Part shown: positions 28,702-42,050 of the stretch, one piece after another
Layout of the letters: each line of letters opens with the position of its first letter
Numbering within the stretch: position 1 is the first letter of the stretch
Notes under the pieces: model-generated
The model's database searches: none
What the model was told of the DNA's origin: nothing
The model's input: only the letters and a program-made list of their open reading frames with translations
Assembly: GCA_038496445.1 (NCBI GenBank)
Contig: JALMLS010000369.1
Location: forward strand, 1-64,000
Source of the DNA: Trichosphaerium sp. ATCC 40318
Lineage: Eukaryota; Protista; Tubulinea
DNA: 64,000 nucleotides
Direction of reading: 5' to 3'
Made by a program: the position numbers and the translations under genes

Positions 28702-31700
28702 ATGCGTGGTGCTAAGCTACTCGTTGTTACACTTGCCATCTTTTCTTTGGCTTATGGTCTTGCTGTGTTACCAATGTATGTACCTTGTTTTAAACAAGAA
28801 AAACTTTTCTCACTAGTTTTTAGAAAAATTGTGCCTTCTACTCCAACCCAACTCAAAGTAGAGGCAGTAGAATGCCCGATTATTGGTATTGATGTCAAAT
28901 CACCACGGTTCAGCTGGTTGCTGTCATCAACGACACGTGCTGAATCTCAAAAAGCGTACCAAGTACTTGTTTAACGGTTTTTTCATGCTTTTGTGCTAAT
29001 AAGAACGTTAGATCGTTGTATCAAGCAAACCAAGTGGTACAGGTGATGTATGGGACTCTGGTAAAGTAGAATCAGCGCAAACGAGGTATATTGTGTTTAA
29101 AGGTAAGCGTCTATCCTTTTTTTTGTGAGTTTAACTATTTCTCACTTGTACCAAAGGCAAAGCACTCACTAGCGATACAACTTACTACTGGAAAGTAAAG
29201 TGGTGGAACGCGCAAGGCATAGAATCTCCCTTTTCAAAAGTAAGCGAAAAACTTTACCATATCACGTGATCTTAACAACTTCAGGAAACAACGTTTGATA
29301 CAGCTTTTTTGGATGTTTCTACTGAATGGAAAGCTGATTGGATTGGTGGCTTTGATCTATACAGAAAAGAGTTTTCGTTAGGTTGTAAACCTACACGCTC
29401 GCGTGCTTATATCTCTGGAATTGGTTACAGCGAGTTATACATTAACGGAAAAAAGGCACACTAGAATATTGTTCAAACAATGACGTTTACTCCAGAATTA
29501 GGTTAGCTTGGATCTGTTAAATCCTGGCTTTACGAACTACAATAAAAGAAGTCTCTACTCTTCATACGATATCACTGACTTCTTAGATTCCGGTAAAAAC
29601 GTCATTGGAATAATGCTAGGCAACGGTATGAAGAACGAGAATTGTTCGTTCGTTTGCTTACTCCACTACAGGCTGGTGGGGTCAAAAGGCAGGTTATGAT
29701 AAGCCTAAACGTCTCACCGCTCAATTTTCGGTACAATCATCTTGTGGCACACACTCTTCGAGCCATATCACTACAAATACAACTTGGGAAGCTTCAAAAG
29801 TACCATTATTTAATCGAAAAAAACTTGTTAGTATTAATCTGTTTTAAAGGGACCTATCACATTTGACAGTATTTACGATGGCGAACACTATAATGCAATG
29901 TACGTATTTTCTACTAGTAGTTGTATTTATAAGATGTTTGTTATTAAGGCTTGAGCAACCTGGATGGACCACACCTACTTTTGATGGAAAATGGGGAAAA
30001 GCAAGCGCTGTTGATGCACCAATATCGATACTTTCTTCTCAAGTGTTTCCTCCTGTAAGAGATTTAGAAACTTTCAATGCTAAAAAGATGACACAACCAA
30101 AACCTGGAGTCTACGTGTTTGATTTCGAACAAGTACGTGACATGAAAAAACACAATCACGTGAAAAAGAAAGAAAATTTTAAGATTGAACCTCTTTGCTT
30201 ACGTGCATCGTAGAATTTTAGTGGTTGGCTTAAACTATCAGTCAAGGGACCAAAAAATACAACAGTAAAGCTTCGACATGCTGAATTGTTAGATCACAGT
30301 GGAGACGGAATGATTTACACTGCCAATCTCAGGACAGGTAATAAAAAGTAGAAAGATTCATCATGCTTACTGTTTTTTATAGCTCAAGCTACTGATCTTT
30401 ACACTCTAAGAGGAGATCCAAACGGTGAAACCTATACACCAAGGTATCTTAGGACGCTGAATCTTGGTTTAAACCAAGAATATCCTAACGTTCTCTGTAG
30501 ATTTACTTATCATGGATTTCGTTTCGCTGAAGTCACTGGATATCCTGGAACTCCTGATATAACTACAGTTCAAGGAAGACATGTTCATTCTTCTTTAAAA
30601 CGTATAGGAAACCTTGATTTCTCGTCAGCAAGTTTATCTCAAGTACAAAGTAATATCATATACGGACAACAGTCTAACTTAATGAGTGTACCAACTGATT
30701 GTGATCAAGTACGGAAATTTCTTTCCCCAGTTGTTTGTGTACAAACTAACTTATCGAAATTACAGCGTGATGAAAGATTGGGATGGATGGGAGATGCATT
30801 CTTAGCTGCTGAGGAAGCTATGCATAATTTCGATACAGCCGCTTTTCATTCCAATTATGTCCGACTTATTGGAGACGACCAAGTGGATGGTGCTGTTGCT
30901 GATGTAGTGCCTTTTATAAGATATGGTGGTAGACCAGCAGATCCATCATGGGGAGCAGGTAACTATATATATCTGAGAAACCGTCGGATTATTAATCATA
31001 ATCTTTTTAGCTTTGCCTGGAATTGTCTACTTTCTTGCTGCGTACTACGATGATATTCAAGCGGAGAGATATGATAGTGTCCAAGCATGGGTAGACTATA
31101 TGTAAGACATTTATTCAAAGTAATCATTAATCGTTTTAGGACTGACTATGTAAACACTCACGGCATTGATAAAATTTTTGCCCATTACGGAGATTGGGTA
31201 CAACGAAAAAAAGATTGTGGAATGGTTTTACTCATACGCTTTGTGTTTAGGTTCCACCACCGCCAAATAAAAAATGCTCAAAATATCTAACAGGTGGTTT
31301 CTCTTACTTGGCTGCTATACAACAAATATCAGGTTTAGCTGGTGTCCTAGGAAAGCAAGCAGACAAAGAAAAATACACTGCATTGTTCCAAAAGGAAGCT
31401 GAAAACTTCAATAACGCATGGTTCAAAAACGACAATTATGGCACGTGATTTTATGAACGAACCGATTTTAATGACGATTCTTTGTTTTAACTATATGATG
31501 TGTAGGTATTGGCGTACAAACAGCGATGGCTCTACCTTTATATCTTGGTATTGTTAAGAACGAATCAGCTCTAGTTACAAAGCTGTTGAATGATATAGAA
31601 TCACATGGTAATACTTTAACAACTGGTATTATTGGTACAAAGTATTTGATGCTTGTATTGAGTGATATTGGAAGAACAGATGTTGCCTTGAAAATCGTAA

Positions 31701-33315
31701 GTTACACTATTCCTTCGTTTGTGTTTCTAACAAAACAAAAAAAAAGGCAGAAAGCTTGGCGTATCCTGGATGGGTTTGGGAGACTGTTCAAACTTTAGAA
31801 ACTAAAGCTGTAAGTATTTGTTACCCGTACTGATTTTTATCTTTTGTTGTACTAACGCGAGCTTGAAGACAACTCTATGGGAACTTTGGGACGCACCAAA
31901 AGAAGGTAAAATCCAAAAAAACGTTTACTTTTTTGATAATGTTTTACAAATTCAAACTACTGATTAATGACCGCCTGTAGGTCCTGGAATGAATTCAAGG
32001 AACCATATTATGTTCGGATCCATTGGTCACTGGTATTATAGAAACTTAGCTGGTATCACTCAACCATCATCAATTGAAACATCGAGAGGGTACTGTAGCA
32101 TGTTTTGTTTATAATTGGTTTTTTTTTTCTCTTATTGTTGTATTAAGATGGAGTACTCCTATCATTTCTCCTCCTGGCGTCAATGTTTTACTTTCATCTG
32201 ATTTGACAAGAACAAGTGCTGTTATTAATACTAACATTGGCGTGCTAGCCTCAGAATGGAATAGAAATGGAGGTACTTATTAACCCTAGATGTTAATTTT
32301 TAATTTCGTTTCAGGTCAACGATGTGTTCGTGGCTCGCTAATGCAAGAAACAACCGTTTCTTGTGGTACTGGTGGCGGTCATATAATAGATGTATCTTTT
32401 GCCGATGTGGGATCAATATCTGGTGATTGTGATGACGGATTCAAATCAGATGCGTCGTGCACAAATCCAGAGCTTTTGTTAGTTATTCCAAAAAAAAGCT
32501 CTATTCTAAAGCCTTTCTTAGAACAAACCTACGGAATGCTTGTATCGGTAAAGACTCTTGCACTGTACCTGCCCAGAGAGGTGTATCAAATTGCGGAGGC
32601 AAAACACAACATCTAGCTATTGTAGCGGAATGTAGCGCTGTACAAAGTACGTGATTTTTTATGCTTTGAAGCGTATTAATACAAAGTTCGCAGGTTTCGA
32701 AATGAAAGTTATACTCCCTGTTACCTCCACTGGGGAAATTCACGTCAGTACACTAAATTTGAAGAACGCAGTAATTAAAGAAGGGAATACAACAGTATGG
32801 GAGAATGGTACGACAGCAAGTTAGAACGTTTTACTTACTTGTAATTATTTAGGCGCTTATGTCAGTGGCGATCCTGGATTAGAGAGTGGTGTACTCAACG
32901 GAGGAGAAGTAGTATTCAAAGCTGGTTCTGGAACATACGCATTCTTAGTTACAGGAACAGAACCAACTGAGAAACATCACATAACAAAATATGTACGCCA
33001 TGATTTTTGGATAATATTTATCTGTGGTATCCACAAAAAAAAATAAGAAGGAATTCAAGAAACACTAATTTCATTGATTGATGCTCACTGACAAAAATTT
33101 AGGGATCTCCAACGTCTCTTGATTGTGGCGAAGATAAAATTAAATTCATCAAGAAAATCAAGTTTGGTAAATGCTCTCACAGCGCTCGTCATATCATTGA
33201 AGAAGCTTGTTTACATAAAACAAAATGTACCGTCAAAGTCTCAAGACAGAATCTAGGTGAAGAATGTGCGCCAAAAGGCAATGAAGAACTAGAAATATTG
33301 TATCATTGCGCATGA
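28702..33315 (+). CDS. Secreted GH78 alpha-L-rhamnosidase with two SUEL (rhamnose/galactose-binding lectin) modules; multi-exon
   Basis: Signal peptide. PRFSW, YYWKVKWW, YVFDFEQNFSGW, FTYHGFRFAEV, MSVPTDCDQRDERLGWMGDA, YGDWVPP, LTTGIIGTKYL, TTLWELW, NSRNHIMFGS. Cys-rich SUEL patterns at ~32314-32645 and ~33103-33315. Confidence 0.93.
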
Positions 33316-33586
33316 GACTATTGTGCCTAAAATAAACTCATTGTCATCCGTTGCTACTCTGGTAAAACTTGACTTAATTTTAATGACTTAAGTTTTGTTT
33401 GCGATTGTGAGGGAATCCGAAAGACTCAAAGTACTCGAAAACGTTTAGCTTAACCAAACCTAGCACCCATTTATTCACATAAATGATTGCGATGTCAATT
33501 TAACTTCTGTTACAGAATAACATAAATGTAATAGACAATGTATTAATAACAGAACAATACAAGCTAGCTTTGTTTTTGTGGTTGTT

Positions 33587-36376
33587 TTACAAGTTCTCCA
33601 GGCAGGGATAGTCGCATTCACCGCCAATACTAGGATTTCCTTTACATCCACCAACGCTCACTAGAACAGAGTTAGTCAAGTTTACAACCAATACTGCTTC
33701 AAACCTTCAGGGTAGTAAAGAAGCGCTACAAGACACATTTCTTCGCTTGTTTCATCACCTATTACTGTTTAAGTTCTGCTTTACTAACCTTATTCTTACC
33801 TCCAGTTGTTACTGATGTAGTGCCCATAGAGTCCCAAATGCAATGTGTAATGAGTGTATCTCCAGGAAGAATCTTTTTATCTAAACGTCACTTAATGAAA
33901 CACGTGACACGAAAGAAGAAAAACTACCAATTGAAACAAACTTCTGCGAATTAAAATCAAAGTTCAAGTCTGTAGTTAGATCATCCTGACGGTTTCCTTG
34001 AGCGTCTAGATGCTCAACCCATATTTTCCTGTTATCAGTATAAGCGCTTACTTAGTAAACAATACTGTACCTTCCCAGGTAATGAGCATGACTTCCATAC
34101 GCGAAAACGTTAAGTTGTCCTCCTTGAACACTACTTATTGCGGATGTTTGTTGCGGTTTGCACTGGCCACTTTGATGCCATGAAGATTCTTGAGCAGGGA
34201 CCAAGACGTCTTTATTATTCATGCCAAGGAAAAAGAAACCTTGCACTATGTTAATAAGAACACTACATCCTGGGTGCTTACCAGCATCAAAGTTTCTAAA
34301 GTTCTTTGTGAGAAACATTCTAACTCCGGAAGAATCTATAAACCCTGACTTCGCTGCTGGGTTATCATAATGAACTAGTAGCAATTAGCTAGTACTCTAG
34401 TAAATAAACTTATATCTTGTACATTGCATGACGGCATACTTCGCTCCTTCTATCCCAATCCGAACCCCAGCTTCTGAAGGTAAATCAATAGGTCCGCCTC
34501 CAGGTGCCCAAGCATACATTGGAAGACTATAAAAAAAGGTGTCAAAAACAACATTAGCACGAGGAAAAGTACCTATCGCTTGGCATTCCTGTTGTACAGT
34601 CAACTGTTAAACCAACATTCCAAGGTTCAGACACCTTATACAAAACTATATGGTGCAGAACTTGAAGGTTATCAGGTAGTATATCCTAAAAGCGGTTGAG
34701 CGATTGAGTAAACACTTTGTGGTACAAATCTGATTATGTGGTTCTCTTCATCTGGGAATGCAAATCCGGCGCAGATGTAACTTGTTTCATCCTCCGAAAC
34801 TTGGTATTGATCGAAATTAATGTCCTTAGTAATATTAGAAACTCAGATTGGTCAATGGCAAACGAAATGTGGCATACAAAGGTGCAACAGTCATCACATA
34901 TTTTTTCTTCAATTTCTTTGACTTCATCAACAACCAGACGATCAGGACTTATACCCAATGCGTTCGCATACTCCTCAATGAATTTCGCTTTATTAAAATC
35001 TGAAGATTCGCCTGAAACTTCGACGCTGATTGATTGTGAAACGCCTTCACTACAAGTCGCTTGAAAAAGAATTTAGAACGATTTTGTCTGTATTAAACCA
35101 AAACGCACATGTTTGAGAGAAATCAATGGTGAGAGGTAGTAATATGCGAGCTGGTTGAATAGAATGACGTGTGAAAACTGATTTTGATATTGGTTTTTCT
35201 GTCTCTTGTACAGCCCAAATAACATTATTCAATCCAGTTATTGCAATGTCATTCTCCGAATCTCCAGTGTCAAGTAGTCTACTAAACTCAATTTTCATCA
35301 CACCTCCTAATAAACAACGAATTAGAATCTTTATAGGACAGTCTATGTATTGCAATATTATTGTGGGTACCTGATAGCGAGCCACTAGTGAAATTCACGT
35401 TTTGACTTTCATCTAAAACAGGCATACTATACTTTGTTGTGTAGTAGTCATGTACGCATCCTAATAGCGTTATTAACGCTAGGAGAAAGTGTTAAATATT
35501 ACCTGTGGCGCATGCAGGCGATTCAGGATCATAGTACCCAAGATAAATATCAGAGCCAGGAGAAGAACCGCCCTGAAGAATTTAGAAAAAAATCCACAAG
35601 TTGTATCGTACACCATCCATAAAACCGTTGGAAGAAAAACCGATAGCAATCCAACCGGATACTTTGGCAGCTAGTGAGATATATATAGTGTCACTCCTAA
35701 GGTGGGTTGGTTAGTTTACATAAAAAAGCATGTGACGTACTCTATGGACCATTCTACGCGGTAGTCAACTTGTTCATTGAGAATCTGGATAAGGCAAAAA
35801 GTCAACATGTGCAAAGCGTACATCATATGGTTCTGTGGAATTGCTCATACCTTACAATTATCATATGATCTCGCTTGCGTCGTTGATAAGAAGAGTACAG
35901 CTACAAAAATTACAAACAAAGCTTGTTGCTTCGAACCAAACCGACAGAAGACTGACAAAAACCCAAGCACAAGTATCAAATAAAGCGAAGCAAGACTTCT
36001 GTTAGAACCAGATCCAGAGTTGACAGGTGTTGTAAACGACGTGGGAGATACAGATGGTGGTGCGTCAGTCATTGTAGGAGCATCAGAACCGCAAACAGGG
36101 TACGTTATTATAGCGTCTACGAAACTGTATTAGAAACAAGACTATGCACTCTTCGTTACCAATGGGAGTAGTTCCGTCTGTTTGCAATGAAATTGGAACA
36201 TGAGTTAATGCGCTGAGTGAATTTGTATTAAACTTGGTCTCTAGTGTTGAAGCAGCTTCTGTAGGCGTAGGATTTGATGAATCCGACGAACCGAGTATTT
36301 TAAAGGTAACACGGTAATTAGCATTGATGTACGTCAAGCTAATGACTATCAAGAATACCGCTAAGGTGTTGCGCAT
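33587..36376 (-). CDS. DOMON + copper type II ascorbate-dependent monooxygenase (DBH/MOXD1-like) with an unusual N-terminal membrane-hairpin module
   Basis: DOMON (GWIAIGFS..GFM...SDIYLG; IEFSRLLDTGD). Cu monooxygenase N-domain (TSYIC, LHHIVLY, YAWAPGG, HYDNP, DSSGVR). C-domain (FAYGSHAHYLGR, DFNSQ, ILPGDTLITHCIWDS, TSEEMC). Confidence 0.9.
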
Positions 36377-36811
36377 AGTGTAAAGTAGTATTTGAATACA
36401 TGTAATCTTTCGGCGTGGCGAACCACCAAAACAGCCGAAAAGTGTCAAAAAATATGACTTTTCTTTGACTCTTTCATTTGTGGTATAGTTATTATATGAG
36501 TCTGTAGGAGTTATTTCAAGGCTATTGTTCATCAATGTGACTTCCCAAATATAGAAGAAATTGACTTAACGTTCAAGGCGTTAAGCTATTCCAATGAAAT
36601 GTGCTCAAATATAGCCAAATTCTACACGCATTTCAATTTTGACATTTTCGCATAACTCCAAACAAGGAAAACAGACTACCGGCGTCTTAACACGTATCCA
36701 TAGACCTAATAAACAATATCTCTATGGAGATAACCATTCATTCAACAGCACTTACAACTAATTTTATTCTGAAAGTATACATTTGGTTTCAGTTCATGAA
36801 TACGCTACTGT

Positions 36812-39800
36812 CTAATCGTCTTTTAAGATTTTAGCAAAAATTTTGTGTCCACAATTCCAGTCTCTTTTCTGGCACTCCGAAGAACCTGAATAAAAAGAAA
36901 AATTAGCACTGAACAACTAGACATGACGTACAATATCTGACTTTTTTCCATATAGTGCACTTGCTTTTTGCTGGTTTCTTGTTACAGTAACAACACGGTT
37001 TATTCATGTTGGGGCAATGTAGATACTTTTTTTGCATATCAGAAAATGCTGAACGTATCGTTTCATCACTAGGTTTAACTGCAAGAGCCCTACTGAAACC
37101 TAAAACAAAAGAATGAATACAGCAAACACTTTGAAGTTTGTAGCATGTACGCACTTATCCATGAAGGTCCTTCTTTGCCTTGTTCTCTCAAAGCTACACC
37201 TCTATAGTAATGTGCCTTGGGTACAGTACAATCTATTTTTAACACCAGCTTACACTGCGCATCCGCCTCGGAGAACTTTTTCTGGGTTCTTTGTTAGTAC
37301 AACAAAGTTGCTTTGAAAGCAGAAAACAGTACCAGTTTTATGAAACATAAAGCACGATTACACATGCATTTTATTAGCTCTTCATTGACTTTATTATCAT
37401 GAAATTCTTTTGATGCTTCTCCATATATCTTTATAGCTTTTTCAAACTTACCTGACTTGAACAAAGCTTGTGCTTTAGCTTTTAGTTTTGCCTAAGAAAA
37501 GTAAATCAAATAAAAGAACATGTTGACATCTCTCCACTCCAGGAGGAGCATTAAAGTAAAAAGTCTGGCTTAACGTACACCAGATGGACATCGTGGCGAT
37601 GGGATTTCTCGTATCTTGTAGGTATGTAACAAGATATAAGCTGCACGTAATTCATCATCTTTGAATAAATTATACGCTTTTGCTATTGTTTGAGTTGCCG
37701 TTCTTCCGTACTGAGTTTTCTTGTTTACAGGCATCCCATAGCTAAGATGAAATGGTTAAAAAATACTTTAAAGCAACGGACTCCTAGATATCTAATAAAA
37801 AAACCTTACCATGTGAGCATAAGACGCACTAAACTCCAGTTTTTGGTATCTAAAAACAATTAGAAAAAACCCTTGACAACGGACAAGTAAGCGTTTCGCA
37901 CGAATGAAAAGCTGTAGAGGTGTATTTCCATCGTTGTTTGTTGTATTTGGGTTAGCACGATGCTTCAATAGCACTTCTAATGTCTAACCAACAGTTAGGA
38001 CTTTCATAGAAAAGCACCAATGATATGTACCTTGTACATATCTTTCTTAGTGGCGTGTCTATCTCTTAACCCGGCTACACAGGGAGCGCATGGTTTTGCC
38101 CCTAGGATACAATTCATAGCACCTGAATTTGCAAGTGCCTGAAGGGGAGTGTACCATGATGCAATCTTGGGAGAAATATTAACAATATCTACAACAGTGC
38201 TCAGAATTCAACGAATAAAACAACAATAAAAAACCCTTAGCCGTTAAGCAGATGGTATACCTTTTCTCCCCTTTGATATATATAAGTCAAGCAATCTCCA
38301 GTTCATACGATCTGCTGCAACATGAACAGCAGTCCTAAGAAAAAAATCAGAATTTAACAATATTAAAACGTACGCACATTGTTCCCATTTCACAGAATAC
38401 ATCAGGTCTTGCGCCTTGTTCAACCAAGTACTCGGCAGTTAGGCATCTATTATTTATACAGTAAAAAGCAGCCTCATGGAGCACAGTAAAACCTATCAAA
38501 ACACTTGTTAAAACACAAAATCCAAAAAATTATGTCTGGCGTTCTACACACAAGAGACAAACACACTGCTCAAGATTTTCCAGAATAAGTTGTAATACGT
38601 TCACTCACGTACCTTTGGTTCCTTTTAGTATATTAAAGTCATGTGTGGTAAGATTCAGTTTAGCAATTACTCGTTTAACACGGGCAACAACATTTGACCT
38701 CACAGCAACATGAAGTGGTGTCTAGTACACTATTACTACCATTTCTTATTATAACAAACGCACATCTTTTCCATCAGTGTCGCCTGTCCTATTAAAACGA
38801 TCATTAGCCTCTGCCAACACTGGTTCATCATAATGCTAAAACTCACTTGTTAGTTTGAAGATAATAATTAGCAGTTGTACTACCTCGTCTAAGTGTTCAA
38901 AACTTGTCAGGTGAATATCTACTTCTTTTTGAAGCCACTCAAGTGCGCCTTTGGTTCTCTTCCAGTGTTTGAGATGTGTTCTGACATACCAAACTGCTGT
39001 GGTTCTTGACCTAAACAAGAAAATCAGAACGATAAGCTGTGAAAACACTTTTTTTTTGTTTGGTCTGTTGTGTTCTTCGTACTGTAGTTCTGCACTCATA
39101 TACTCAGTTTCTCTTGTATTTGGTAGTGGTTTTTTGTCTAGCAAGTAAACAGCAACATATATATTTAATAATAGTGCGCCAGTCCCCTGTAAAAAACTAA
39201 ATGATTTTGTCCTACCAACGAAGACAAAACAATAGAAAACCCGCTTACGTGGATGGTGGTATCCAATTTGAAGTTAAGCAATGATATTGTGTAAGAAAAA
39301 ATTACACTGTCCTTCCTAAGATGATTCAGTGAGTGTTAGTAATGATGTAAGGCAACAAAAAAATAGGATTTAAAAAATAGTTGTACTGAATATTATCCAT
39401 AAGAAAACGCCTGCACTCGTCCCACTTGTTTAGAGATAGTAATACATCAACAACATTGTAACGGAACAAAGACTTGGTCAAAGAAGGCTGTCTGAAACAG
39501 AGAATAGAGGTAAGCAGTGTAATCAAAGAACAGACACTCTGAAAGAGTGTTTCTTGCAAAATTTCAAAAAAAAAAAAAAACAAGAGACTTACGAATCTAG
39601 GTTAAGTGCCTCTTGCATTTCTTCAAGGTTATCCTTTTCTTCTTTAAGTTGAAGAAGATATTCATACTTCTCTAATGACTCTTTGTAACGACCCATCTTT
39701 CTTAGAGTATTTGCAACACCAACAAGACACAAGTAATAACCTTGTGTTTGTTTGTGTAAATAATAAGAACTCGTCTGTGTTATTCGATCAAACTCCTCTT

Positions 39801-40416
39801 TCTTGCAGGCTACAGGTCCAAGTTCAACACCTTTTTGGTAGTATGCGAGTGCATCCTATAATTCAAGGTAAGTACTACTGTCGTTTAGCATTCAGATAAA
39901 CGAAAGGTTTCGAAGAAAAAACGTTGCTTTATTCGGCTGCGCGTTTACCTGCTTTGCTGCTGTCCACTTGGCAAGAACCACATATGCCAAGGGACAGTTA
40001 GGAGATATGGTAAGGGCTTCACGGGCTGTTTTGATGGCATCAACACGAGAATCAATTTGAGCACTAGCTAACGCCCTTTTACGCGTATGAGATCAATTTT
40101 TGGCTATTAACGTACCGTTTCAGAGCGTTGAAGTCATTGTTTGTGGCAAACGCCTCTGGATCCATTGCTATATTGCTTTAGGTGCTATCAACACGCAAAG
40201 AAACGTACGCAGAGGATGAACAAAGGAAAGTATCGAACCAGCCGTTCGTTGTAATGTTTTTTGTTCATTTACGTATTCTGGATCGAAGTCAACGTTAAAC
40301 CCTTCTTTACGTATCGCATCTGATTGGATTGGTACTTCAGGGTTTTGAATTGGTTCAAAACTAGATATCAAATCATGTAACGAAGGTACAGGCTTGTTAT
40401 TCTTTGGTTCTGCCAT
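36812..40416 (-). CDS. TPR-like (ST7-like) + ankyrin repeat + TPR + zf-MYND protein; multi-exon
   Basis: N-terminal AREALTISPNCPLAYVVLA helical repeats. Ankyrin motifs TPLHVAV, TVLHEAAF, TAVHVAA, LLKHRANPNTTNNDGNTPL. TPR AQALFKSGKFEKAIKIYGEA...CNRALCFIKL. C-terminal CCYCNKKPAKSKC...VRYCSSECQKRDW..GHK. Confidence 0.82.
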
Positions 40417-40875
40417 TAGCTGTTGCTAAAATTAAACTTGACCTATTAAATGAATAGATTGAGTTAAGTTCTTGATACTAAGAGCTACAAGCGCGATGTG
40501 AGTAAAACAATCACTCAATAAACCAAAAAAAAAGAAGATGTTACAAATCGGTTCGAATAGGCTAGTGCTTGCTGTAAACGCTCTCAGCAAGGGACAGAAT
40601 GCTGTAGAGTTTGAAGGTAATGGAGTAAATAAATTGTTACGTACTTTATAAACGTTGCAGTGTGAAAAAAATCACGTGACAAACACGTTTCTACTTGACT
40701 AAACAAAACACTTTTTGATATCTTTTGCTGATGTAAGGATACGATCCGTACTTACAATAACGTCAATATCCGGTTAAAATACTGTTTTCTGGTCTTCCAC
40801 ATGCACTGCTAATAAATTGATACACTAGCAACGTATATTTTATTTACAATGTTTGTTTTCAATGTTTGTATACTA

Positions 40876-42050
40876 TTAATCTAGTATACCATCAAACCAA
40901 TCATCAAGTTCTCCCCACAAGTAATTGGATTGTAGGTCAAGTATTTCATTGGTGGGAGTCGGAGAAATGAAGCAATCAGCTGATAAAGACATCCAAAAGT
41001 CATCTTCTGTTTCTTGATTTTGATATGATTCTATACGCTCTATAGTACGTACATACTTGCTTTGTTGAATACAAATAGTATTTGGCTGTATAGCTTCGCA
41101 TGTGTAACTCACAGAACGTTGTAAATGATGTTGTTTATGTACATTGCGTTTTCCCCTTCGTCGTTTAACTACTGTATATCCGTTACATTCAGCTATTATC
41201 TGCAAAGAGCTACACGTTAGCAAGTGTTTTATTACATGTTATTACTCACCTTCAACGTTGGCAACAGCTGCGAAACTTCAGAAAATGATCGCGTCCCCAT
41301 ACACCATGATATTTTATTTGGTCGAAGACCCCATTGAAAAATTGCATGGATAGCAATATATAACTCCCTTCTTGATAAAGGACCTTCTTGTAATGGAAGC
41401 TTTAATCCACAACGGTCGAGGTTAGTAAGTATGGCGTCATTTTGATCCTAAAAAAGTTCAGAAACTTCTGTATCTTTTTTTGTTTCTGTTGAAGTATTGT
41501 ACAACAGTCTGTAGTACAATACTAGAAACCTCCACTAACCTTCTCGTTGTGTTGGTCTCCAAATTCTTTAGATTGCCACAAAGAGCTCAGTTTTCCTAAC
41601 ACGTGGTTAATTGCTTGCTGTAGTTGAATACAAACAGAGTTTGGTTTTAGGTGAAACCTATTTTGTGCCGTTTAATGACGTACCTTTTGATTTAAGCTTT
41701 TGGTAGTGGTTTCTAACTTGTATTGGGCTTTTTGTTCCGATTAATTTGGAAACTCTGTCTCTTGAAAACGATTTTTCTAAACCATCGAAACCAAGCCTCC
41801 ATTCACGTGGTTGCCAACGTCCCTTGACGTAAGCTTTCGTAATATCTTGTGTTTGGTCTATACTACTTCTCATCACCTGTAACAGTAGATTAGATTCTCT
41901 GTTAACTCTATAAATAATGAGACGAGACTCGTTTGAGCTCGAGCAGATGGTTTCGAAATAAAGAGATACAAAATTGACAGGTTAAAACCCAAAACAGTTT
42001 GAAGAATTCTGTAAATCTGTAATAACTACCTTTGGATTTATTGGTAGCAT
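40876..42050 (-). CDS. Myb/SANT transcription factor (SHAQKYF-like repeat plus a second degenerate repeat)
   Basis: KGRWQPREWRLGFDGLEK...VSKLIGTKSPIQVRNHYQK; second repeat EGPLSRRELYIAIHAIFQWG.RPNKISWCMGTRS; acidic C-terminus. The 7-codon first exon is inferred. Confidence 0.78.
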
